Of a DNA stretch of 64,000 bases, positions 23,405 through 34,090 are shown one piece after another. Numbering within the stretch: position 1 is the first letter of the stretch; every line of letters starts with the position of its first letter. This DNA comes from Nemertoderma westbladi (Eukaryota > Animalia > Xenacoelomorpha): positions 62,001 through 126,000 of the forward strand of contig JAUCBJ010007173.1 of the NCBI GenBank assembly GCA_032718475.1, read 5' to 3'. The position numbers were made by a program, and so were the translations under genes. A model generated the notes under the pieces. The model was not told the DNA's origin and searched no databases. It saw nothing but the letters and a program-made list of their open reading frames with translations.

Positions 23405-24608
23405 TGTACGCGCTTTTGAAGACCTTTAGCAGTTTAACCTGCCAAAATTTATATGTCTTTTGGTTTATAAATAGACTTTAGAAGTTGACAAATATTTAAT
23501 ACCAATAAACACAACATTAGCAGAAGCCAGCCTAGTGCGCGTCCATTCACCCGCTGGATATACCCGGGAGACTGGATTCTGAGGGCTTAGATTATTATTG
23601 CAGTGTAAGCTTACTGTATTATTCGATTGATCGTTAATAAATAATTTCTGACTAATATTATTCACTTTCGGGAAATATTAACAGTTCCTTTAGGACGTGG
23701 CGCTCTATCTAGGTAAACAGAGATATGACTTATACTAATCACAACGGTAAGTCGGTAAGGCTTATGATTCACGTATGAGGCGCATTCTTTAGGAAATGCT
23801 TAGTTATCAGCCACAATCATGCACACTACCGGTAACGCACAATACGGCACAATAATCTGCCGACCGTCAATGAATTTTATCATATATAAAGAGAACAGCA
23901 ATTGACTCATGTAGTGCCTATCAAATAGCATTAAACTCACTACAAACCACGATAATATAAGTCGCAATCGCTATATGTAACCAGTCTCTCTAACCTGTAG
24001 TGTATCAAGAAAATTGGGAAATTTGGGTTCTTTATAGATGTTCTCCAAATAATATTCAACCGACTGATACAAAATATGACAACAGTAAAAAGCATTAAGA
24101 CGGTATGTTAAGTTATGATATGAACTGATAACAGTTATACGCTCTATAATCTTAAGCCTACTAATGTTTCTTCTAAAGTCTGAAACGAATTGACTCTAGA
24201 GCCGGTGTTCCTGGCCTAGATAGAAACAACAAAACTATAACAAGAACTCTCTGACTCTAACACCGTTGCAGGTATCTTTTTACACAGAGAGGAATAGCTC
24301 TCATTGGCAGAACCCCAGATTCCACAGGTTCCACGAATATCTAAATGCCGAACTATCAGGATTTTTGCAGCCCTTGGCCAACACACAAAATGAGTCACTC
24401 CGCTCGGTTGCCCTGGTTGCATACTCTGCTGCTATAGCTCTGGTTGGCCGATAGAACATAGTAAAGAGCCCCTCGTATAACAAATCAGCCAATCAGCCGG
24501 TCGCTTTGCATCATTCGAGTTAGAGAGCTTTTTAGAGTATTCCAGCGCCTGGGGGGGAACTGGATTGCAAAGCAAAAGGGCCAGTTATATCCCACAGAAG
24601 CTTTTACA
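23405..24608 (-). repeat. 3' LTR of element B
   Basis: Direct repeat of 34091-35294. Confidence 0.95.
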
Positions 24609-24686
24609 CCGCTCCCAGAAAATGGGATTTGAGTCTATTAATATACAAAAATCACAGTTTCTAATATACGTAAATACTCTAAACAG

Positions 24687-26135
24687 TTAGTCTTTCTTGC
24701 GCGGACGGCGTTTACGCAGTTTTTTAAAGCTGGCCAGAGTCTTTTTCTCTTTGGGGCGAGCCACTTTACAAGGAGGGCTATAACTCCTGGGTGAAGGGTG
24801 CAATATGATTGCATCAGAGGGTGTAGGATTATGGTCGGTGTATCCGCCAGTCGAAGTGCCGGGTTGATTGACATCAACATCGGGGGAGAGGGGTTTAACG
24901 GCCTTGAGAGAGCGTTTTAGGACAGCCGCTCTGACGGGTCCTTTACGAGTGGTCTGAACGAGAGCCGTGGGTGGACCATAGGCAGTCAGAAACCTCCTGG
25001 GTTTAATGGTTCTTTCCAACTCGCGTTCGCGGGCTCGGTATTCGTAAGGTCGTCGATACACTTCCTGTAACTCGGGGTGTGAGTTAACAAATAAGTCTCC
25101 ATAGTCCGGATCCTGACGGATATAATTGATTAAGTTATAGGAATGAAGGTCGCTAGGATTAACACTCCTGAGAAATTTGCGTACGAACTTGGTTGAAATA
25201 CATTCTCCGACGCGCTTCAGTAGTTCGTAACTCGATATGCGTGATTTCTGTTCGACAGAAGCGAATAGATAAGGATGGAACGCATAAATTCCTTCGTAAG
25301 CGCGTCCAGGATAATAACGATGGCGCGAATCACAATGTAAATCAGCGTTCGCTTCCCAAGCTCTGATGTAACGTAGTGTGATCATTTCATCTACGCTTTC
25401 CAAATCGTGATTAAAAGGGCAATCGAAACTGGTGGGTCCCTTTAGTTGACAATGGTGACATTGAGTCATAAATTGAGGGCAAACCGCAAAAATGTGCAAG
25501 TTATTGAGTCTGCAATATGCACAATAAATTTCCATCACCGGTTGTTCGTGGAAATAGGAACAGCGGACGTTTGTGTCCATGGGCGTAACATGGTCTCTCG
25601 ATGCGCATAACCGACAACGTTGCCGAGAAACATAGTTGGCATGGCGATAATTGTACGCAGTGAGACACTGTGGACCTTGATACCATTCTAGGATGTAATC
25701 GTTGTCGCTGTTCCGGGCGCGATAGGCTGAATCTCCTCAGATTCTAGGCATATTGGTTCGTCTTCCCAGTCTGTTACGAATAGAATTTTCGTGATCTATT
25801 CTCGGTTTATCGTTACGACTCTGCTGGGTATGATATTTAAATAGAACCATTTCCCTTTCGGTGTCTACATCGTCCGTATCATGTAAATCGATAGGATGGC
25901 CGGTAGTTAGGAAGTCCATATACGTACTATTACGATGCGTATAGCGAGCGGTGAATTTTCGATAGTCCAATTCACGCGTAAGTTGCTCTTGTGACATCAG
26001 CGGTTCGATATAACGACCATCGTCCTCCGTAATGGTTGGATCGGCTTCACCGCGTATCAAGCTATCCACAAATGCTTGCAAAGGTAGAGTATATCACTCC
26101 CTGATACCAAGATCATCTTCTATCAACTCCGTCAT
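24687..26135 (-). pseudogene. Accessory ORF3 of element B: ~482-aa triple zinc-knuckle protein with basic NLS-like tail and two in-frame TGA stops
   Basis: ATG 26135, ORF 26081-25737 and ORF 25580-24687 are in one frame, broken only by TGA at 26096-26094 and 25739-25737; CRLC..H, CAYC..H....C, CHHC........C; ends KKLRKRRPRKKD. Confidence 0.8.
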
Positions 26136-27856
26136 ATCTGTTATCTGAGTTTATTAATATTATAATGAGTTTATGTTTAGGCGAGCGGGCGTCGCTGCCT
26201 ACCTTTCTTTGCCCCCGGACAGTGGGATTCTCAGCGCCGATGTACCGTTGTCGCGGTGTTTATGCCAACATGTAGCAACAGCATGACAACGATAACCGGC
26301 ACAAGTCACTCCACTGTCCGTCCCAAAGGCTTGAATCCACTTTAGGTTCTTTCTATAGGAGAGTTGGGTTACTTTCACAATTGCGACTAGCTACTGTAAA
26401 CATACTTTAGCAGTAACATTCACCTATAAACGCACAAATTCCACACAACTCTCACCAATTGTACACACAGGCCATTTGTCCGTTAGTCAGTGCCTTCCAG
26501 AATGTCACGTTATTACTGTGTATCCTTGGATACTAACAGTGTGCTATGTATTCTCTATGCTATGCAATGGGACAAGCTTTCTATTGTTCTTTTAACTTGC
26601 TTCTAATTCTAGCGTGGGTGTTGCTATGGTGACATTATGGAAAGCTAGCAGTAGAATTAGAGTAATTCTCATGCATACAGATCTGGAATGCTATTTAATA
26701 GTAATTCTTTAATTGTCAATATCCTCTTTATACATGATTTTATTAATTTTATCGGCTATTGACTATATGTTGGAGATTCTCGCACTCTAATACACTCAAT
26801 AGGATGAATCTCCGCTCCCATGATCTATTAATTAATGGAATTTTGAGAATGTTATAAATTGCACAAAATGACAATTTATGAAATTCATTTAAAATATGAA
26901 TTTAAATTTATTCCCGTGAATTTTATTATTTGATGTTAAATTTGACACAATTTTTATTCCAGAGCATGTCTGGGGACTTAGGATCCTTAATTCTATAAAA
27001 TTGTCTTTTAAGAGTATCGGTAAGTGCTGCGATATCTTAATTGACTAGAAATTTTAAAGGATCTGAATTTTACAGATTTTAATAAATATTAAATTAATAT
27101 TTAAGATGGGCACCGATTTATTCCAGAACTTGTCTGGGGACGTTAACCACTGATTCTAGAATTTGTCTTTCAAGTATATCGGTGGGTGCCGCGATATCTT
27201 AATCGACTAGAGTTACAGATGGTCAAAAGGTTTAACAGATTTATTTGCGTTTTACGCTACTGTTATAGGGACATCACGCTACTATATGTATTATTATATA
27301 TGGTATGAGAGCAATATCGCACGAAGCAATGTCAGTGTGAAGAGGCAAGTCGTTTCCAAGGTCTACCCAGAGCTTGGTTTAGCCGAGACACGAGGATCTG
27401 AACTTTGCATTCCTAATACTCTGCCTACCAATAATACTTGAATATAGTAGGAGCTTTATTGTACTTGAATAAGTACGGACATTTCATCTTACTGTAGTCA
27501 CGTATTTATAATATGATACGGACAGTAAGGAAAGAGAAAAAATTATTTCTCGCCGTCACACTAAATATATATTATATATATGTAATTACGTAATAAACAC
27601 TAATATATTGCACTAATCTACTAAATAATCTAAAATAACATTCTACTAAATAAAATTAAAGGAAACGATTATAATAAAATTACATAATAATACATACATA
27701 AATATAAAATAAAAACAAATATAAAATGATATAGTCACACGCCCACTCCATATGTTATTACGTTATGGAGTCCCGAGATATTTGTCGGATTAGGGAAGTG
27801 GTCGTAGGAAGAGTATCTTGCCTTCCATAGTTTCCGGACAGTTTTCGGTCTCTTTC

Positions 27857-30070
27857 TGTGACGGGATCCAGGAGGGATCCCGATTTATCCGGTATTTAGT
27901 TCACGCGTCCCCGCCGTGTATAAAGAGTGAATGAAAGTAAAATGAGTTCTGAAGTTCGGTGTATAATAATAAAGGTATAAGATATAGATATATTGTATAG
28001 TATATGGAAGGCGGGATACGGTAACTAAAAGTCCCGTGCTCCCCTATCTAAACTAATTAACCTATGCTAGCACTACTGCACTGAGATAACTGAATTACTG
28101 ATATTGGGTTACTGGTTATATTACACGGTTGGCCTAATTACTACCTAATCGATGCCTTGCCCCCCTCTGATTGGTTGATACCCTTGTTGGCGCCCCGTGG
28201 AGTGTTCCCGTTCACTCCATCTGTTCTCTCTGGGTTAGGGGTTTGGCCCCTGACCCTTATTGTGTGGTTCTCCTTCCCACTCTCATTGGGATGGCACGAG
28301 TTGGTTATTATCCAATCTCGTGGCTCCCAATATTGCTTATCGGCTTATAACTTTATGGGGTGTTAGCGGGATTGAATAAGCTAACACTCCCCCCCATGCT
28401 ATCTTCCCGGTAAGAAGATAGCATCAACCAAGAAAGTGCGCTACAATCCCGCTGGATCCCGATCTAGTATCGGGTGTGGGGTGGAAACCTTTTCTCTCGG
28501 AGCCGGCTTTCCAGGCCGCCCCCTATGGGTATGATAACGCTACCCTGTGTGCCTAGCGTCTCATGTCGGGCCGATCGCGCTCACCTCTCACGCAACTTTT
28601 GTTTCCCCAACACTTCCGCCCTATCTCTCCTTCACTCTCACCCTAACTCTCTCACACTCGGACCTCCTCGTCCCTCACTCAGCCTCTTATTCCCCCCCCC
28701 CCACACTAGAATTGCGTCCGCACTCTCTCCGCACTCCGCACTATTATTCCATCCCTCAACCTCACTTCGACTGTCTCTTCCCTTCTGACGAATCTCCCCC
28801 CCCCCCCTCTCGTGCCGTCGCACTCAAGAAGTGTGAAACTGTCTGGTGTCTCGTCCATAGTGCCATAGTCAGTTATCCCCCAGTCCCAGTAGCTAATTGA
28901 GAAAGGTTGTATGACTATAGTACTTACTCCGAACGTATATATTTCTAGATTACTGATTACTACGTACGTACATACAAATTGCACTTATATGATTATTTTG
29001 CATTAATTAAATTTGTACTTAATAGTTCGTACATCCCACGCGGCGCCTTCCAGGCGTACCACGTCCAAGTCCCAGTCTCTCTCCCTCGACTCTGGGAACC
29101 TATCTGTTCCTCCGGGGGTAGTTCCCCCTGGCGTCCTCTTCCCTGGGTCGTTTCTTGGTTATCACCGTTCCTCTGGCATCATCCGCTTTCTGCTTTCGGA
29201 CCTTCGCCGCCACTTCCTTGCTGATCCCGGTCGTTGGCTCCTTGGGCGCTGGTGTTATTAGTGCCCGATATCGCTTCGCCGGTGGCCCCTCAGAGTGGCC
29301 CGGTTGTCTCCCTCTAGTGGCGTCCCATAGGATCATTTTCATTGCCTTTGGTACGTGCTCCGCCAAGAAATCCCTAAACTCCCTTCGGTTCTCTGGCGTC
29401 CACCTGTCCAGATACCTTTGCGTGTTCATCACTCCAGCGTACGACGCCGCCGTTGCTACCTCTTGGTAGGTAAACGGTAGCCTCCGCTTTATGATTTCCA
29501 TGTGAGTCTCCTGATTGATAAGGAAGAAACCCCACTTAAACTCCTGGGCCTTCATGCGCTGGCGCGTCATGGCCCCGACGTCGGCCCACTCCTCGAATCT
29601 TGTGAACTTCTCCTCGTCGTTCATCCAGTCGCACTCGCGTCCGCAGTGTCCCCGAAAGTGGCACTTTGGACATCGGTTATGCAACCGTGGACACGCCCCC
29701 ATCCTGTGACTTGGTTCTCTGCAGTAGAGACAAAAGGTTCCCTTTTGGAACCGGTATAGGCAGCTGCTTTCCCGATGGGTCTGTCTCCCACAGTAGTCGC
29801 AGCCGAGTACCAATGTCTCCCGTCCCACCTCGTGTTTCGTCCCAAGCGATCTCCGCGGCCTGTGGAGTCGCTGGTAGGCGAACTTCTCTACGTTGGTCTC
29901 TCTATCTACGTCGATCTCTCCGCCCCTCTCGGGCATCGTCTCCCCGAATACTATCCGTGGTGCCGTCCCCGGTTGCTCGCCCAACCTGATGGTGCTCCCC
30001 GCGAAATCCATCGCCGGCTCCTCGTGCACCCAGGTCCGCTTGCCGGATCTGCTTTTCCAAGATGGTTGTC
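27857..30070 (-). mobile_element. 3' part of a second group A element (A'): LTR 27857-28386, PPT, 3' UTR and accessory ORF C-terminus
   Basis: 27857-29232 aligns with 9508-10859; the GC-rich coding sequence continues to ~30070, where it joins element B gag (junction approximate). Confidence 0.85.
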
Positions 30071-32114
30071 TGTCAAAGGTAGTTGGGGGGAACTCATTGT
30101 CGGTGTCCTTTTCATACGTAAGTGCTCGATACACTGCGGTATTTATTAGGTAACAGGATTCGTTGGCGTCGGAGAATTCGTCCGTATAGAATCCTTCCAT
30201 CTCAGACTCTTGATCAGTGTCATTTACATCACTGAATTGGACATGTAGTTCGGGCTCACTTACCTGACTCGGGTTGTTTCGTTCGAATTCACTGCGTAAC
30301 AAGATGTGATGTTTCGCACCGCACTTTGCACACTTTACTTCGGAGTAACAGGTTCGCCGTTGGTGTCCTGGTCTGAGGCAATTATAGCATAACCGCTTAT
30401 CCCACATGACTTCACGTCTGTCTACCAGGGATTTCTTTAGGAATTCAGCACACACACTCAAACGGTGGGGCCCGTCGCACAGCGCACATTTTGGTTTGAT
30501 GTTACTCACTTTACCTTGGGCAACGTTATGCACTCTCGTTCTTTCTTCGGGCTTTCTTCCGTGAATTCTCTTAGGAGACGTAGGAGGAGTTGTTGTTACC
30601 TGTTCTCTCCGGTCACTGGTTCGAGACTTATATTTACTTACGTCTTTATAGGTCTTGTTGTCATAGTAGGATTTTGCTGTGTCTTTCCCGCTGTCCTCTT
30701 CCTGAGAGACTTGGCTTTCGCCGTCGTCAGTATAACACACTGGTGTTACCCTTCTCCTAGAAACGGGTTTCTCACTTACCTTATTTTCCGATGTTTTCTC
30801 TCTGGACTGCTTTATGAGTTGTAATTTTACTTCACTATCTAAGAAGGACATGAGATCAGCCATGGTAGGGTCTCGTTGTTGTTGTTCCATCATATATAAC
30901 ACTTTCTTGTCCCAGCGTGTACCTACTCCACCCTTTGGTAAAGTAGATGCTAAGGCTCCTACAACCATAGAGTTCTGGTATTCATGAGACTTACCTAACC
31001 AATCTAGCTGTCTACAGATCTCCTGAATTTCATCGGAAAATTCTATAATCCCGCTGCTAAGAAACTTTCGGGGCGCCATTAATTTCGCATATAAATACCT
31101 AGCTATGTTATTCCTATTACCATACCTGATGTTTAATGTATCCCAAACTTGTCTTAATCCATCTGGATGTCCAATAAACTTTAACGCCATTAACTTGGGA
31201 GGTCCTTCCAAGCACTTGATGAGGAATCTAAGTTTCTCTCCGTTAGATAGTACAGAGTTCTGTATGCTATCTTTGTAATATTCATTGAAAGATAACCATT
31301 TCATCTCATCTCCATTGAATTTGACGATTTCTCCCACTTTGACCGCTTGGTGGGCTTCTGTTCTAGCCATCTGACGCGTAAAACTTTCTTGAGCCATCGT
31401 ATTATTGAATATAGAATTATCGGTATATAAATTTCTCGGATTATGATCAGGTCTATATGGAATATTATTATCAACAGGTTTATAATTACCCTGAATAGGG
31501 TTTACTATAGGAGTTTCTACTTCACTAGCAGTATAGATGCGTGTAGGCTCCACACCTTGCGCATGAAATACTTCAGACCTAACGGGTTGACACATTGTTA
31601 CAGGGGGTGGTGTTATACCCCTTTGTATGTTCACTAATTTATCGCGTTCTAACGCGATACTTTGCTGCACCTTTTGCAACTCTAACCTACTTTCCCTTAC
31701 TGTTCCCTTGAGCTGCTGAACAGTCTCTTCCATTTCCCGGACCTGCTGAGAGGAGCACAAACAGTGTTCCCTCAGCTGCTCGAGCAGGAGACCCATCTCC
31801 CGTCGTCCCTCAGCTACCCACTCAACCGCCGAAGCGGGAGTCGCCAACGTAGTAGCGGGCGAGCGAGAGACGACAGGCGATAAATTCTTGATATCTCGCT
31901 CGGCGTCCAGGACGGGTTCGGACTCGGGAACAGTCCTACTGGGCACAGGTAGTTTAGTACTGTTCAAAGGGAATTTATAGGCAGGTTCTGGGAGTACAGG
32001 TGTCTCTATCTTTCTTTCCGCTTCTACTGTTGCCATTGCCTCTGCCGCCTTTCTTTCCGCTTCTGCTGTTGCCATTGTCTCTGCCGCCTTTCTTTCCGCT
32101 TCTGCTGTTGCCAT
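29100..32114 (-). CDS. Chimeric 1004-aa ORF: element B Gag fused in frame to the A' zinc-knuckle accessory domain
   Basis: KFNGDEMKWLSF, VWDTLNIRYG, BEL knuckles CALC/CYNC/CAKC, then a second trio CDYC/CLYC/CPKC and FEEWAD; 13-aa MATAEAERKAAEA repeats at the N-terminus. Confidence 0.8.
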   Translation of the reverse strand: MATAEAERKAAETMATAEAERKAAEAMATVEAERKIETPVLPEPAYKFPLNSTKLPVPSRTVPESEPVLDAERDIKNLSPVVSRSPATTLATPASAVEWVAEGRREMGLLLEQLREHCLCSSQQVREMEETVQQLKGTVRESRLELQKVQQSIALERDKLVNIQRGITPPPVTMCQPVRSEVFHAQGVEPTRIYTASEVETPIVNPIQGNYKPVDNNIPYRPDHNPRNLYTDNSIFNNTMAQESFTRQMARTEAHQAVKVGEIVKFNGDEMKWLSFNEYYKDSIQNSVLSNGEKLRFLIKCLEGPPKLMALKFIGHPDGLRQVWDTLNIRYGNRNNIARYLYAKLMAPRKFLSSGIIEFSDEIQEICRQLDWLGKSHEYQNSMVVGALASTLPKGGVGTRWDKKVLYMMEQQQRDPTMADLMSFLDSEVKLQLIKQSREKTSENKVSEKPVSRRRVTPVCYTDDGESQVSQEEDSGKDTAKSYYDNKTYKDVSKYKSRTSDRREQVTTTPPTSPKRIHGRKPEERTRVHNVAQGKVSNIKPKCALCDGPHRLSVCAEFLKKSLVDRREVMWDKRLCYNCLRPGHQRRTCYSEVKCAKCGAKHHILLRSEFERNNPSQVSEPELHVQFSDVNDTDQESEMEGFYTDEFSDANESCYLINTAVYRALTYEKDTDNEFPPTTFDRQPSWKSRSGKRTWVHEEPAMDFAGSTIRLGEQPGTAPRIVFGETMPERGGEIDVDRETNVEKFAYQRLHRPRRSLGTKHEVGRETLVLGCDYCGRQTHRESSCLYRFQKGTFCLYCREPSHRMGACPRLHNRCPKCHFRGHCGRECDWMNDEEKFTRFEEWADVGAMTRQRMKAQEFKWGFFLINQETHMEIIKRRLPFTYQEVATAASYAGVMNTQRYLDRWTPENRREFRDFLAEHVPKAMKMILWDATRGRQPGHSEGPPAKRYRALITPAPKEPTTGISKEVAAKVRKQKADDARGTVITKKRPREEDARGNYPRRNR

Positions 32115-34090
32115 TGCCTCTGCCGCCTTTCTTTCCGCTTCTACAGCTAAAGTAAGTCTAGTAATTCAGTATCACTGTTAGCCTAATAATTAATTACCGA
32201 TACTGCTGCTCAGTGTAGCGTGATATATATATAATATATTAGAATACCGGTATGCTTATAGTAGATATATAAGTATTATTACAGACTAGATTTGTCACAG
32301 AGTACCGGTATATAAATTTAGCACAAATATATATAAATATATAATAGGCCTATCGTGAATACCGGTATACAGCTGACACTTATAGTATATATAAGTATAA
32401 TTATTACAGACTAGAATTAATTACAGAATAACGGTATGATGTCAGCCCAAATTTATAGAAATAAATATAATAAGCCTATGGTAAATACCGGTATGTCAAT
32501 TATTTTAGAATAATTGAATTTCTGAATATTTTAGGGTTACTTGGTTACTTTAACTTACTTTATTACCGTTATTTAAGCAGTAGTCCAACTGATATGGAGA
32601 CCTAGTTGTTGTATGGCAGGCCTACTATTTATAAATCGTTTGAGTTGATTTATAATATATATATACCCGTTTAAAATGGGTTTTGTCAATATTTGAAATA
32701 AATGTTATTATTTCTGGGGGGAGTCACTACACAGAAGCTGTACGCTCTCAGTGGAGTGCTACTTATTGGACACTAAAACAGATAATTCTAATTTACCTAA
32801 GTTACTTAATACTACAAATTACGTACGATACGGGTGAGATTAATTCTCTAATTAAAACACAACAAAATATTACGTATGAAATTTTAGGGTAATTTTACAG
32901 GGAAACTACAAACCAGTCTAACAAAGGGTTAGAATTCTGGTTATTACAACGGACAGGGTACTACGGTATTTGAAAATAATAAGTAGTAGTAAATATATTG
33001 CACTGTCCAGATAGGAAAATACCACCGCCTGACGACCTATAGCCGTATCGCTATAGGTACTACGTTATGTATCACGGAGTGTTCCTACCTGGAAGTTAAT
33101 TACCGCGGACTACCAGATCCAACGTGCCTATTAACCACTTTACAACACAAATATACTGCCTACACACTAATTACTTTCGGAAAGCACTGTACACTAAACC
33201 CTAAATTAGGTACAAGTACTGGTACAACAAATAATCAGTAGTTAAATATACTTGAACAGTTAAAAGAACCACGGCATCTGCTGGAGTGACTGGAGCACAA
33301 AGTCACCAGTCTTTACCTACGCCTAGCAGCCCGTGTAGTACCGGGGTTAATTTAACTATAACGGTATGTGTAACAAGCACAATTACTGTAGGAATAAACT
33401 TGGGGACATGAATGTTGCGAATAATCGCATAAACTCTGAATAATAAATATTACGCTACCCGTACAGAATACTCAAACAAAATACAAACCAAACGCTGGCA
33501 GACTACCACCAAGCCTAAATAAACTACAGTATGTGCAGATTCCAAAATGGTTAGTTAGTATGCGTTCTAACACGGTAGTACGACTTATTCTTTAAGAGGG
33601 GATTGACCTTACAGCTATGGCTGCCCCAACTTACTAACTGGCACTCTATCGGACAAACTCTACACACGCAGTAATCTCTCCAAACCCAACAACAATCCGA
33701 CAACAGTCCGGCCTACAATTATCTGAACAATCTGAGCAGACTTACACGTCTTCAGATCAATATTAACTTACATGTAAATAAAACCGACAGAAATAAGTAA
33801 AATCTCAATAAAAAACCAGGGCGGCCGTCCCTGATTAAATACTAAGACCTACCAGTATACAATAATCAAAATCGAATAATACTTATGTACTTATACTGGA
33901 AGTACCGGTTAGGACAGTTGGGCCTACGGACCTACAGAAGTACCGGTTCTGGCAGTTGGACCTACGGACCTACAGCAGTACCGGTTCTGGCAGTTGGGCC
34001 TACTGACCTACAGAAGTACCGGTTCAGGTTTACCGGTCGACCGGTACTTTCAACTTTATTGCTTACTGCAATAAAGACAATAACTGTTAT

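Noticed and set aside
23465-24492. Short ORFs repeated in LTRs (also 34151-35178, 9843-10034, 19345-19536)
   Set aside because: They recur only because LTRs are duplicated; no coding signature.
24687-26135. ORF3 as an envelope gene
   Set aside because: No signal peptide or transmembrane segment; zinc knuckles and a basic tail point to an intracellular nucleic-acid-binding protein.
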